Of a stretch of 44,520 nucleotides of DNA, positions 16,101-26,751 are shown one piece after another. A program made the position numbers and the translations under genes. Within the stretch, counting starts at the first letter, position 1; every line of letters starts with the position of its first letter. Source of the DNA: a virus; the UHGV virus genome UHGV-0202726, one strand, 5' to 3'. The notes below the pieces were generated by a model. It was not told the origin of the DNA, did not search any database, and saw nothing but the letters and a program-made list of their open reading frames with translations.

Positions 16101-17517
16101 GTTTCAAAGGCGAGAGTACCAGAAGCTCATGACTTCGTTCATGCTGCGGCACCATCGCTGCAACATATGGGCAAGCATGGGTGCCGGGAAGACTGGCAGC
16201 GTACTGTGGGCTTTAAACCGACTGTTCCGCAACGGCCAACTTAATGATGACGACCGTGTGTTAATCCTTGCCCCGCTACGAGTTGCGTCCGGTACGTGGC
16301 CCGCAGAACAAGAGAAATGGCGGTTCCCGTGTCTGAATGTTGTAGACGCAACAGGTTCAGAGAAGCGCCGCATCGCGGCGCTGGAGTCTGACGCTAACGT
16401 GGTGTGCACCAACTACGAAGTTATCGAGTGGCTGATTGACTACTACGGCAAAGACGACTGGCCTTTTACGGTTATTGTCGCCGATGAAAGCACGAAGCTG
16501 AAATCATTCCGCAGCCGTTCAGGCGGTAGTAAGAGGGCGAAGGCGCTCAGTAAGGTTGCGTTCGGTAAGGTTAAGCGTTTCATCAACCTGACGGGTACGC
16601 CGTCGCCAAACGGACTAAAAGACTTGTGGGGGCAGAACTGGTTTATCGACGCGGGTGAGCGCCTCGGTTCTTCGTACACAGCGTTCACGGACCGCTGGTT
16701 TAACTCGGTACAGAAAGGTAAGTCGGCGATGGCGCGCGAATACCACGCCCGCCCTGGTGCGGATAATGAAATTCACCAGAAGATGAAGGACATCAGTCTC
16801 ACGATTGACGCCGCCGAGTGGTTCGGTTGCGAGGCGCCGATTATTGTACCGGTTGAAATCGACCTGCCGAAGAAAGCGCGTCAGGCATACATAGATATGG
16901 AGGAGAAGTTATTCGCGGAACTGGAGAGCGGAGAAGTTGAAGCGGCTAACGCCGCGGCGAAGACCTCAAAGTGCTTGCAGATCGCATCCGGTGCCGTGTA
17001 TGTATCAGGGCCGGATGGTGAAGCAACGAAAGACTGGGAGAAAGTGCACGACACGAAACTGGATGCACTCGAGTCAATTGTTGAGGAGCTACAGGGTGCG
17101 CCGTTACTGGTGGCGTATCAGTTCAAGCACGAACTGGAGCGCATCCTTAAGCGATTCCCTCAGGCCCAGGCATTTTCTAAAGGCGCTAAGGGTAATAAGC
17201 AGATGGACGCGTGGAACCGCGGGGAAATACCAATGCTCCTGATACACCCAGCCTCCGCAGGCCACGGACTGTCGCTACAACACGGCGGGCACCACATGGC
17301 CTTTATGAGTCAGGGGTGGAACCTTGAACATTATTTGCAGGTTATCGAGCGTATAGGCCCGGTAAGGCAGATGCAATCTGGATACAAACGGTCTGTATTC
17401 ATTTATCAAATAATAGCCAGAGATACTCTTGATGAAGTTGTCGCCGCGCGTACAGACGAGAAAAGGTCCGTACAGGACGAACTACTTAATTATATGAAGA
17501 GAAGGAGTAAGAAATGA
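16093..17517 (+). CDS. SNF2-family helicase
   Basis: ATG at 16093 (GAGG RBS, 8-nt overlap with upstream gene) preferred over track start 15775; MGAGKTG Walker A, ADESTKLK (DExx box), LTGTPSPN. Confidence 0.8.
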   Translation: MSKFQRREYQKLMTSFMLRHHRCNIWASMGAGKTGSVLWALNRLFRNGQLNDDDRVLILAPLRVASGTWPAEQEKWRFPCLNVVDATGSEKRRIAALESDANVVCTNYEVIEWLIDYYGKDDWPFTVIVADESTKLKSFRSRSGGSKRAKALSKVAFGKVKRFINLTGTPSPNGLKDLWGQNWFIDAGERLGSSYTAFTDRWFNSVQKGKSAMAREYHARPGADNEIHQKMKDISLTIDAAEWFGCEAPIIVPVEIDLPKKARQAYIDMEEKLFAELESGEVEAANAAAKTSKCLQIASGAVYVSGPDGEATKDWEKVHDTKLDALESIVEELQGAPLLVAYQFKHELERILKRFPQAQAFSKGAKGNKQMDAWNRGEIPMLLIHPASAGHGLSLQHGGHHMAFMSQGWNLEHYLQVIERIGPVRQMQSGYKRSVFIYQIIARDTLDEVVAARTDEKRSVQDELLNYMKRRSKK

Positions 17518-17651
17518 ACATCATATCCACGATTCCGGCATTGCAAAAACGTATCAAAGAACTCGAAGAAGAGGTTCTACGACTACGACAACAGCGAGAC
17601 GCCGCTAATGCGCAACTGGCGTATGTACTGGAGAAGTTATCAGAAGAGTAG
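17514..17651 (+). CDS. hypothetical small coiled-coil protein (45 aa)
   Basis: ATGA overlap with SNF2 stop; AAGGAG RBS 8 nt upstream. Confidence 0.4.
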   Translation: MNIISTIPALQKRIKELEEEVLRLRQQRDAANAQLAYVLEKLSEE

Positions 17652-17655
17652 AGAA

Positions 17656-17682
17656 AAGGCCCCGTTTGGGGCCTTAGTTTTA
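17656..17682. terminator. bidirectional rho-independent terminator between convergent operons
   Basis: AAGGCCCC-GTTT-GGGGCCTT with T-rich tracts on both sides. Confidence 0.65.
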
Positions 17683-19599
17683 TAGGGTGTACGCAACAGA
17701 ACCGTCTGCTTTAAGCCATGAATTATTTCCATTATACCAAACAGGGAGGTTAAAAGTAGAGTCGAAAGTTGTGAACCCTTTTGCCTGTATGGCTACCTTG
17801 CTTTTTATCTCAGCAGTGGTGCCGAATGAGTACTCAATCAGGCGATGCGACACAAGACCTGTTGTGTTTGTCCATAATATTTCGTGTTTCTCTGTCTTTC
17901 CCCCGCTGGTTATAGGATTAACCTCGTACTCGACACGCACTGTATTTATAATGCCATTGTAAAAAGTAGCATATAGATGTAAGTATCCGGAGTAGTCACC
18001 TATAGCTGTTATCCACGGGAGAAAAACGTTACGTATATCGACGGTAGAGTCACCTAAAAACACTTTGAATTCAAAATTATTACGGATGTTATTTTCGTTA
18101 CACCATGTTTTAATGGCATTACACGCCTGTATCACCGTCATTTCTGGAGTTACTGTTGACAGGTACAAGTACTTAGCCAGCTCAGGGTCACTACTGGAAA
18201 GTATATCCGACTGCTGGATACTACTGGTGTAATTCACTACCGGGAATATACTACCATCTACCATATTCAGCACTCGAGTTAACGGGTACGATTTCCGCTC
18301 CATAGTATTTGTATATTCGTTTGTCACGGATGCATCTACCACATTAGCGGTATAGCCGTAGGCGTTAGGGTCCCAGATTGATAGGTCAAATCGGCAGCCG
18401 CTCATGAACCCCGGCGCGTGTTCCATATGCACAACCTTAACCATCTGAGCGTGAGGTTGTGATTGTAATCGCACATGCACATCACCAATTCCTCCAGCTA
18501 CGTTGCCACCAGATTGCGGGATGCTGGTATCCCTGAAATGATATGTACTGAACCAGGATACCAACTTAAGGTCAAGAGATGAAATAAAGTTAAGTGGATT
18601 TGTTCCTACGCCTATTGCATGAGCCACAGTAAACCCAGTGGATGAGACATCAACTTCGTTCCATATCAGTATTTCTTCATCTGCTGAGTTGCAGTCTATG
18701 GAGAAGCCGTACCCCTCATCGGTAACAGGAGCAGACGCTGATTCTTGTTTAACAGCCCCTTGTCGGTTAAACACGTAAAACGGACCGAATTTATTCTTCT
18801 GGGTTAATCGCCCAAGGTTAGAAGGTCCGGTGTAGTATTTGCTACCTCTTAAAGTTAAGGCTATCCTACTGTATCCACCGCCGGGGATGTCTACTGTTAT
18901 CCGCATGCCGTTTGCGTCGAAATTGGCGTTTGGATTCTTAAATATAAATCCGTTGATGTTGCTTCTAATGATAAATTCAACGTCCGGGCCAACCTCGACA
19001 TATTCAAGGGATGAAATATCCACCTCATGAGATGATGTTATTAGGTAAGTACCAGAGTTAACTATGAATTTTTTATCAGCTAGCATTTGCGAAATATAGG
19101 CGTCGCACGGCAATACCCCAGAAGCATCAGCACCGTAGGATTTTAGGTCACCTCCGACCATGTACATCCCATCAGGAGATTTTAAGTCGCTGCGCAAAGT
19201 GACATCGCCAACCACTGACCAGGCCCCGCTACCGATACCTCCGGTTGAATCAGGTGTGGATGCCGCCGGGATTACTTTAGGCAGTGACCCTTTCCATGCG
19301 TAATAGTTACCGTCCCCGCCGTCGGACTCCGGCCACAGAACGGCCAGGTCAGCGTCGTTCACGCCTAAGGTGCCGCCGGTGGTGAAATTAAAAGAAGCTG
19401 GCCTGAACCCGGCGTCACGCAACACCGCCGGCAGTGTCTTCTGGGTCTGCCCTGTAACGGCATTGGTCGCGTAATCGATATCAGCGCCACCAGCGACACC
19501 ACCTTGTTTCCCGGTAATTACCTCAGCTTCGAAAATCTGGTGTTTCTTAGCGGTTTGTAAATCCGCCAGGCTTAAAACGTCACCGCATCCGCTTGACAT
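17680..19599 (-). CDS. tail fibre / tailspike-like receptor-binding protein
   Basis: 639 aa; last gene of tail operon, immediately after the J-like protein; Gly/Ser/Thr/Asn-rich. Confidence 0.65.
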   Translation of the reverse strand: MSSGCGDVLSLADLQTAKKHQIFEAEVITGKQGGVAGGADIDYATNAVTGQTQKTLPAVLRDAGFRPASFNFTTGGTLGVNDADLAVLWPESDGGDGNYYAWKGSLPKVIPAASTPDSTGGIGSGAWSVVGDVTLRSDLKSPDGMYMVGGDLKSYGADASGVLPCDAYISQMLADKKFIVNSGTYLITSSHEVDISSLEYVEVGPDVEFIIRSNINGFIFKNPNANFDANGMRITVDIPGGGYSRIALTLRGSKYYTGPSNLGRLTQKNKFGPFYVFNRQGAVKQESASAPVTDEGYGFSIDCNSADEEILIWNEVDVSSTGFTVAHAIGVGTNPLNFISSLDLKLVSWFSTYHFRDTSIPQSGGNVAGGIGDVHVRLQSQPHAQMVKVVHMEHAPGFMSGCRFDLSIWDPNAYGYTANVVDASVTNEYTNTMERKSYPLTRVLNMVDGSIFPVVNYTSSIQQSDILSSSDPELAKYLYLSTVTPEMTVIQACNAIKTWCNENNIRNNFEFKVFLGDSTVDIRNVFLPWITAIGDYSGYLHLYATFYNGIINTVRVEYEVNPITSGGKTEKHEILWTNTTGLVSHRLIEYSFGTTAEIKSKVAIQAKGFTTFDSTFNLPVWYNGNNSWLKADGSVAYTL

Positions 19600-19611
19600 A
19601 TAGAGTCCTCT

Positions 19612-22167
19612 TTAATTAAAACCGTTGCTGAATCCGTCGGAGAAACCGCTGCCGTATGGCGCGACGCCGTCGTATTTGTAGAATCCGTCGTCATAGTTGT
19701 AACCCGTAATCTTGACCGTGCGGTCGTCGCCAGGGTCTATTGAAGAAACAACTATCTTCTGAGCATTATGCCTTGCTTCGTTACCGAATGAAAACTCAGT
19801 TTTTAGCGCGCTATTCCCTGTGTAGATTGCCTCCTCCGGCGCAGAGAGCATAATCACCTCGCGGTCGTGGCTTCCTTTGATAACAGATATACTCTGTACG
19901 GAGCCGTCGCGCTTCTTGAGGATGATGGAGTGGTCATCACCGGGAGTAAACGTAACAGGCTGGGACAGTGTCAGTGTAAGCCCATTAACGGCAACAACAT
20001 AACCATCTTGCGGCGCAATGCGAGAGCCTTTAACCACGCTGATTACCCCGCCGGGGGTAGCGAGCGCACCTTCTTCCGTAGCTTCGAACTCTACGACAAC
20101 TTTACTTAACGCATTGCGTTGGTAGCGACGCCACGCCAGCCAGTACGCTTGCTGATAGTTGCGCACGCCCTTTGATTCGTATTCCTCAGTGTTTGCACCG
20201 AGTTCTTCCGGGATATAAATAGTTTCCTGTACGTTAGTATCCGGGTCGATGTACGAGAACGACAGGCTATCGTAGGTTGTCGAATCATTGAACGTGCGGG
20301 TCCATTTCTCCGTACCGGTCGTTTTGCTGCGGTGGGTGAACACCATCTCTGGTCCAGCGACCGGACGGTCAAATCGAAGCATAATATCCGCGCCTTTACG
20401 GTACGCAGTACAGAACACGGCTTCCGCTATGGTCTGAACGATGTCCTGCATCGTAGTGTCGTAGTCGTCGAACGTGTAGCAGAACTGCCCCGCCAATTCA
20501 CTTCCGAAATAGGACTCAATCTCTTCCTGCACGGCGAGTAACTTGTCCATGTTTGCCGTTGTCAGTTCCAGATTACCTACCGCAGGGTCACGTGCCAGTC
20601 GAATTAGTGACTGCACAGCCTGAGTATTTGGTGACATTACCGTATCAAATACCCCATTGCCTAAGTATTTGTAGCACATCTCGGTTGCAATCATGCGCAG
20701 TTCAGGGTTATCGATACTGGCGGCGCGCGGCGTCTGTTTACGGGCGCAGTGTACGGTAGTTCGGTTTCCGTAGTGAGGGGTTGTATCCAGCGACTGGCCA
20801 TACAGGTTTATGAAGGTTATCTCGTCACTTACCGTACCGTCGTAGTCTTTATCGAAATTAGTTACACGACGCATACGGGCGCGGAAACGCGATGCAGTTG
20901 GCAACTGCCCATAAATGGACGTGCCGACGTAGTCAGTATTGTTACCTGTAATTGTGGCCTGTACCGTGTAAATATCGCTCAATGGGTTGCGCTGAGAATC
21001 AATCATCTGGTACTGGAGTTCTACGGTTACGCTGGTGCGGTTATAGCCGCCGTCGTATTTGTAGAGGCCGTTTTGCCCGGCAACGTTAGCAAGCACCCGG
21101 TCAACTTCTCCGCGTACCATGTAATACCAGTCCGTAAGAGAGACGTCATAGGTGTTGCTCGGACCGATAAACGTATCTGAACGCTCTGTAAGCGCGTAAG
21201 TCTCTCCGTTATTAAGGTTGCCCCAGTTACCTATATCCCCGACATACAACCGAACCTCAAAGTCGTCAACGTATAAAACCTCAAACGAGCCGTTCAGGTT
21301 AGTGACGTCCTTAACGTCAAAGTTGCTCAGCACCGCGACACCACCGACGCTAAGAAACTCAGAAAAAGCAGAGTCACCAGACGGGTCATAGATATAGCCG
21401 GTGGTTGAAATACGTTTGGCGGTTCCACCGGAGCTTGGGTTAGCCCCGATGTCGTTTGGCGCTTTCAGTACGATACCGTCAACGTCGTCGTTGGAGTATG
21501 TTACATAGAGTTTCTGGTCAATGACGTCGCCGATTTGTAGTTGCGGCGATGTGGTGTTGTTCGGTGACGTATACGGCGCGTATACGGCAACAGAGGAACC
21601 TGTGATGTCGCTTATCAGGGTGTCGCCCTCTGTTACGCCATCAGCCTCAATATGCAGATGCCCGCGCCCTGCGTCATAGTACGAATATTCCAGCAAAGCA
21701 CCAGTGGAGTTGAACGCCTTATACGTCTGCATAAGGTCGTTGGGGATTGTCTGCACAGTCCCGCAGATGTCATAAGAGCGCGCGTAAGGACGCGGCTTGT
21801 TGGAGCGGTCTGTGAGGCTGTTATTCGGTGATGTTGTCTGGTTGTTAGTCGCCGTGTAGTTGGCGTTGGCTGCCGTGTTCAGACCAAACAACTTAGCAAT
21901 TGGCTTAAGGATAAAGCCGAACACCTTACTAACTGCGCCAAGCGCGCCGCTGCCAGCACCCTCTATAATGTGGTACACAGCGTCTTCGTCTTTAAGCGCG
22001 TCGAAGTCGTCCGTTACGTCCGTGTCATCGCCAATCTCGCCGAGGTAGACGCGCACAGGCACACCGTCAGGAATACGGTTAACAACAAACTCCATCGGCA
22101 TCCCAACGTGTTTTGTACGGTCGAAAGCCCCGTCGGCATTTCGCGTGTAGTGCAGGATTATCGCCAA
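19612..22167 (-). CDS. central tail tip protein (lambda J-like host specificity protein)
   Basis: 851 aa; position after minor tail proteins and before the fibre. Confidence 0.65.
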   Translation of the reverse strand: MAIILHYTRNADGAFDRTKHVGMPMEFVVNRIPDGVPVRVYLGEIGDDTDVTDDFDALKDEDAVYHIIEGAGSGALGAVSKVFGFILKPIAKLFGLNTAANANYTATNNQTTSPNNSLTDRSNKPRPYARSYDICGTVQTIPNDLMQTYKAFNSTGALLEYSYYDAGRGHLHIEADGVTEGDTLISDITGSSVAVYAPYTSPNNTTSPQLQIGDVIDQKLYVTYSNDDVDGIVLKAPNDIGANPSSGGTAKRISTTGYIYDPSGDSAFSEFLSVGGVAVLSNFDVKDVTNLNGSFEVLYVDDFEVRLYVGDIGNWGNLNNGETYALTERSDTFIGPSNTYDVSLTDWYYMVRGEVDRVLANVAGQNGLYKYDGGYNRTSVTVELQYQMIDSQRNPLSDIYTVQATITGNNTDYVGTSIYGQLPTASRFRARMRRVTNFDKDYDGTVSDEITFINLYGQSLDTTPHYGNRTTVHCARKQTPRAASIDNPELRMIATEMCYKYLGNGVFDTVMSPNTQAVQSLIRLARDPAVGNLELTTANMDKLLAVQEEIESYFGSELAGQFCYTFDDYDTTMQDIVQTIAEAVFCTAYRKGADIMLRFDRPVAGPEMVFTHRSKTTGTEKWTRTFNDSTTYDSLSFSYIDPDTNVQETIYIPEELGANTEEYESKGVRNYQQAYWLAWRRYQRNALSKVVVEFEATEEGALATPGGVISVVKGSRIAPQDGYVVAVNGLTLTLSQPVTFTPGDDHSIILKKRDGSVQSISVIKGSHDREVIMLSAPEEAIYTGNSALKTEFSFGNEARHNAQKIVVSSIDPGDDRTVKITGYNYDDGFYKYDGVAPYGSGFSDGFSNGFN

Positions 22168-22523
22168 AATTCAATCTCCGTGTACGTGTCTCTGAGGTCC
22201 ACCAGCCTGTCAAGCCGTACCTGACGGGACGCAAGCTCGCAATGGCTCACCATCCCGTCGAAGTAAACTCCCGCGTGCCACACGATACGCCCACCACGGC
22301 GGTACCCCATAAGCACCGCACAGAAGTTTTCAGGCTTATCGATTTTCGTAAGCCCCTTCGTGTTGCGGTGGCCTTCGTCAAACGCTTCGTTAATTGCCGT
22401 GGGGCTTGTAACGTCGAACGCCGGAGTTTCTAACCCAGCATCTGCCCGTACAATGCGCACGTGATGCCAGCAATTGCGCTTGCGAAAGTCGTAAGGTATA
22501 CCCGTGTAGTCGTTAATATTCAT
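22158..22523 (-). CDS. minor tail protein, possible NlpC/P60-like (lambda K-like)
   Basis: 121 aa with conserved-looking Cys/His (NCWHHV...HAGVYFDGMVSHCE); position in tail tip cluster. Confidence 0.5.
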   Translation of the reverse strand: MNINDYTGIPYDFRKRNCWHHVRIVRADAGLETPAFDVTSPTAINEAFDEGHRNTKGLTKIDKPENFCAVLMGYRRGGRIVWHAGVYFDGMVSHCELASRQVRLDRLVDLRDTYTEIEFWR

Positions 22524-23035
22524 GTGGTCAACAGGCCGCGTAATAACGGTATCTCTTTAGGTGTCATCAGTATACCAGTGCTTCGTTGGTTCAGCATAGG
22601 TGTACCGACATCCGCGGAGAACTCGCCTTTCTCCTGGTTGATAGCCTGTAACTCGTACACGACAGGGCCGTCCGCGGGATAGGACAGGTCGGTGCTGACA
22701 TACCGGCGGAATACGAACTTTGGCAACTCGGTGTTACTCATCGGGATTTTATCCATCTCATCATCAAGTTGATTGAGAATATCCGGTAAAGTAAACGTCG
22801 TCGTCTGGTCCATATCGCTATTATTAGCCGCCCCCGACGCTTCCATCGGGGTGGGTTCGAATGTGATAGTTTCGCCCGTCTCCAGTGTTGCCGTAAGTTC
22901 CTGTAGCCCGCGCACAAGATAATACGTCTTCGATAGCAACGGGTGGCTGATTTGCAACGTGATGTAGTCCATCTCGCCGTCGGGGTTTGAGGCCAGCTTA
23001 CGGCGGTAGGCTGCTTCTACTGATTCCTGGCTCAT
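22520..23035 (-). CDS. minor tail protein
   Basis: Position between distal tail protein and K-like protein; overlapping stops and starts. Confidence 0.45.
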   Translation of the reverse strand: MSQESVEAAYRRKLASNPDGEMDYITLQISHPLLSKTYYLVRGLQELTATLETGETITFEPTPMEASGAANNSDMDQTTTFTLPDILNQLDDEMDKIPMSNTELPKFVFRRYVSTDLSYPADGPVVYELQAINQEKGEFSADVGTPMLNQRSTGILMTPKEIPLLRGLLTT

Positions 23036-23038
23036 AAG

Positions 23039-24439
23039 TTAACCGTCCACATTAAAATCAATACGGGTGATATATTTACTCCCCCACGCTGAATTAGCCC
23101 GTGGTATGGCGGCGTAGCCATCAACAGCCTGAACGTTTACCACAGAGCTGTCGGAGTAGGTGATGTCGATACTTGTTGCGCCGTTCATTGCTACTTTTGC
23201 AGTTGCGGAATACCGAGTAACGGGCGATGGTCCTGTGATTATAGGTGATGTCGCGAAACTACTACGCTCCATTTGCGGGGCACAAGACAGTACCCCACTA
23301 ACCCCATCTCCGATGAATGATGACCCTGTTGCGGAGTTATACACCCATGCCATTATGCCTAAGTATGCCGACCCTTTAGCTGACGAGAATGTTATTGTTT
23401 CTGTTACGCGGAACCATCCGCTACCGAGGTTAGTCACAGTAGTGCCGCTCGCCCCGGAAGACACCTCGCCGTCAGACAGGTCTACAACAGAATCGCCTAG
23501 TACCCCTATATCATCATATACGCGCAACCGTATAAACCTGTACCCGTAAGACTTGAAACACCAAGAGAATGTATACTTTGATCCATCCATAAAACTACCG
23601 GTAACTATCTGTTGTACAGAATGACTTCCGGATACCGCAGTTGGTATCAGGCTGTACGTGTAGTCCGTAGACAGTTCGTCAGAGGCCCAAATCACGTTTA
23701 CTCTTGTCCTGCTCCACGATGTTTCGGAAAGATTAGATGATTGTGTTAGAAAATTGACCACCCCATTGTCAGGAGGTACGCGCCCGACAGCAACCCCATC
23801 GATAAACGTAAGAGGCCATTCATCGGCAGCGGACTGCACAAGATTGCCGTTGCGGTTGATGTAATAAACCTGCGGCCCGTCATACACAATGCGGCTATCA
23901 AGAGTCGACGCCAGAAGGTTAATCGGCGGGTATCCTGCAGGCCCTTCATTGCTCCAGATGCGAGGGAACGTCGTCTCATAGTTCGCATATATTTTCAGGA
24001 AACTACCCAGACAATCCCCGTAACAACCGTACAAATCTGGAAGATTGTTAATCAGGCACTGGTTCTCTTGGTCCTGGAACGGCGATTTCTCGGCGGTTGC
24101 CGTGAAGGTAATCGTCCAGTTAATGCCGTCTTCGGTGGACTCCGCGATGGTGGATGTGATTGTTACCTGATAATCTTCGATGCCCATGCCGAAGTCGTGC
24201 GCCATCCAGAAACTTGACGCACCGCCGTCTACTTTTTCGAGGAACGACAGAAACGCCTGTCGCCCCATTGCGGATGTAATCAGGGTTACGCTAACAGGGA
24301 ACACGTCGTAATACGTGTCACGGCCCTGACGCACCCCGCCACCGGCTAAATCAACACTCCAGACGTTGTTGCGTCTGGTCATTGAGTAGCCTTTTGACAC
24401 CACTGGCTTAAGGCTACGTGGGAAATATAAGTCGCTCAT
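23039..24439 (-). CDS. minor tail protein (distal tail protein-like)
   Basis: 466 aa directly downstream of the tape measure gene. Confidence 0.5.
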   Translation of the reverse strand: MSDLYFPRSLKPVVSKGYSMTRRNNVWSVDLAGGGVRQGRDTYYDVFPVSVTLITSAMGRQAFLSFLEKVDGGASSFWMAHDFGMGIEDYQVTITSTIAESTEDGINWTITFTATAEKSPFQDQENQCLINNLPDLYGCYGDCLGSFLKIYANYETTFPRIWSNEGPAGYPPINLLASTLDSRIVYDGPQVYYINRNGNLVQSAADEWPLTFIDGVAVGRVPPDNGVVNFLTQSSNLSETSWSRTRVNVIWASDELSTDYTYSLIPTAVSGSHSVQQIVTGSFMDGSKYTFSWCFKSYGYRFIRLRVYDDIGVLGDSVVDLSDGEVSSGASGTTVTNLGSGWFRVTETITFSSAKGSAYLGIMAWVYNSATGSSFIGDGVSGVLSCAPQMERSSFATSPIITGPSPVTRYSATAKVAMNGATSIDITYSDSSVVNVQAVDGYAAIPRANSAWGSKYITRIDFNVDG

Positions 24440-26751
24440 TACTTGAACCCCGGCGCATTTCTTGTGGCCTTGCGGGCCTTGCTAATCTTACTGTTGCTGT
24501 TCTGCAAAGAGGCTGCCACTTGCTCTTCGATGATGATACGAAGACGCCCTTCATCATCTTGTTCGGTGGATACGTTGCTGATTTGAGAACTCGTGTTGTT
24601 TACGATAGTAACATTAGACGGGCCTGAAGAAGACCCGTTTTGCCCCATAATTTCTTTCATCTGCTGGGCGGTGCGCACACGGGATGCGCCGGCCGGCATG
24701 ATAACTTCCGGTTTACCGCGTTCTGCGATGGTGGAAGCCTGCCCTGCGGATAACTGTCCGCCCTGTTCACGCGCGGACCGGATAGCGGAAACCTGCGCCA
24801 TACCCGCCCCAACGGCAGCGGCAGCGGCTACGGGGGCCAGGAACGGGCCAACTACAGGGATAGCCGCCGTGGACTTGTACGCCTCGATAGCTGCGGTGTA
24901 CGTGGCTATGGTGGCCTGTACGATAGCGAATGCCTTATACGCACCAGAGGCCTCGCCCAACGCAGACCCGATGTTTGACGCCATGTTACCGAAGGCGGTT
25001 GCCGTTGCGTCGGCACGCTTGGTGGCGTATTGCTCGTTGATGGCGTTAAGCGCGGCCTGATACTGCTTCTCACTAATAAGCCCTTGCTCACGGTACTTAT
25101 CTGCGACCGCCAGTTTCTGCTGCTCCTGGATGTCGAGAAGCTCAAGCTCAGTAGCGTTCTGGCCAATAATCTGAGCCATGAAGTCGTCGCCTTTCTGCTT
25201 TTTCTCCTGCCGTTCTTTCTCGCGCTTATCCAATTCTTGCTGCCGTGCGGTATCCGCCTCCAGCATAATCTGAGTTTTGGCGTTTTCATACTGCTGCTGG
25301 CTTATCGTTCCGGCGCGGTTGAACTCTTCAAGTTTCGCCAGTTTCTGCTCTTCGGCCGCCGTGATGCGAGAAATTTCATCTCCGGTTGTACGGTCAACCG
25401 TAGCGAGGAAATCTTCCGCGGCTTTCTTCTGGCGTTGTGCCGCCGTTTCTTCACGTTTGGCCTGCGCCGCCAGACGTTTCTCGTTCGATTTAGCCTCGCG
25501 GTCTGCCTTCGCTTTTTCGGTCGCGTCGATGCGAGCGATGTCTTGCTGTGCTTCCGTGTCACGGGCTGCGTTATACGCGGCTATCTGTTCTTTGGTGACA
25601 GCTTCACGCTTAGCGAATGCCTGCTTGTCCAGTTCAGCTTGCGCCCGGATGCGTTCGCGGTCGCTTAAGATGGCAATTTGCTGATTCTTGACGATAGCTT
25701 CGTTCTGTTCCTGGAACCTCTGCGTGGTTGAGTTAACGTTACGACCGAGATTCTTTTGGGCCTCTGCTGCCGCGTTTGCTGACTTCTCCGCGTTCTCCAG
25801 TGCCGTGGCGTTCTTGTTGGCGTTGTCAGTCAGGCGGATAAGTTCCGGGTTCAACTGTTTTGTGTTACCGAGCCAGTCGGTAAACACATCGGCGATGCGG
25901 CGGGCATTCTCGGCGGTTGGCTCTTTGTTAAACGCGCTCTGCGCCGCTATCATCTCCAGCGCCTGGTCACGGTTAACCCCGAACTTACTGCTAAGCTCCG
26001 CTATATTCTGCGCCAGCATGTTGACGCCTACGATGTTACCCTCGTAAGTGCCGCCAAGTTTTTCTAACGTGTCGCCTACATCCGCACCCTTAGAGACCAA
26101 TGCATCGTACTGGCTAATAGCGGATGCCGTGGAGGCTTTCCATGTCTCCCATGACTCGGCGTCCTCGCGGACAGCTTTAGCTGTTTGCTGCGCGATAAGG
26201 TCTGCGTTAGCCTTAGCCAGAGCAAGCTGAGTCTCCGCCGCTTCTCTGCTGATTTGGGTAAGCTGGATAAGGCCGTCTGTCAGTTCGAGGGAGCCAGATG
26301 CCGTTTGCTGGAAAGTATCCTTTAACTGCTTCTGCGCAGCTTCGAGGTCTTTTGAACTGCCTTCTGCTTCGGTTAGTGATTTGTACAGGACACCACCAAT
26401 TGCTGATGCTAGAGCGATTACCGCCCCGAGCACCGCACCACCAGGGCCGAAAGCGCCAGCAAGTTGGGAACCTTGCTGCCCTATCGCAACGAATGCAGAC
26501 GTACCGGATTGCAACTGGACTACCATGTCCTGCACCTGGAAACCAACCTGCCCAGCAGCGTTACGGAACTTAGCGAAACCGTCGGACGCTGCTTTAGAGG
26601 TGGCGGTGTTAACTTTATTAACATCCGGCGTTAGTTTGTTTACAGATGTGTCCGCCCGGTCTGCGGATGCCGCCATAGCGTCAAGCTGTTTGGCAGCGAC
26701 GTCAGCCCCTTCAGTTTTTACTCTGGCGATTAGGGAAGCCGTATCAGCCAT
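24439..26751 (-). CDS. tail tape measure protein
   Basis: About 770 aa, Ala/Gln/Glu-rich coiled-coil, Gly-rich hydrophobic segment near C-terminus; ATG at 26751 with GAGGG RBS preferred over track TTG at 26766. Confidence 0.8.
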   Translation of the reverse strand: MADTASLIARVKTEGADVAAKQLDAMAASADRADTSVNKLTPDVNKVNTATSKAASDGFAKFRNAAGQVGFQVQDMVVQLQSGTSAFVAIGQQGSQLAGAFGPGGAVLGAVIALASAIGGVLYKSLTEAEGSSKDLEAAQKQLKDTFQQTASGSLELTDGLIQLTQISREAAETQLALAKANADLIAQQTAKAVREDAESWETWKASTASAISQYDALVSKGADVGDTLEKLGGTYEGNIVGVNMLAQNIAELSSKFGVNRDQALEMIAAQSAFNKEPTAENARRIADVFTDWLGNTKQLNPELIRLTDNANKNATALENAEKSANAAAEAQKNLGRNVNSTTQRFQEQNEAIVKNQQIAILSDRERIRAQAELDKQAFAKREAVTKEQIAAYNAARDTEAQQDIARIDATEKAKADREAKSNEKRLAAQAKREETAAQRQKKAAEDFLATVDRTTGDEISRITAAEEQKLAKLEEFNRAGTISQQQYENAKTQIMLEADTARQQELDKREKERQEKKQKGDDFMAQIIGQNATELELLDIQEQQKLAVADKYREQGLISEKQYQAALNAINEQYATKRADATATAFGNMASNIGSALGEASGAYKAFAIVQATIATYTAAIEAYKSTAAIPVVGPFLAPVAAAAAVGAGMAQVSAIRSAREQGGQLSAGQASTIAERGKPEVIMPAGASRVRTAQQMKEIMGQNGSSSGPSNVTIVNNTSSQISNVSTEQDDEGRLRIIIEEQVAASLQNSNSKISKARKATRNAPGFK

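Noticed and set aside
25030-26047. Several plus-strand ORFs (25030-25668, 25277-25684, 25688-26047)
   Set aside because: All lie antisense within the tape measure gene; repetitive low-complexity translations; no start context.
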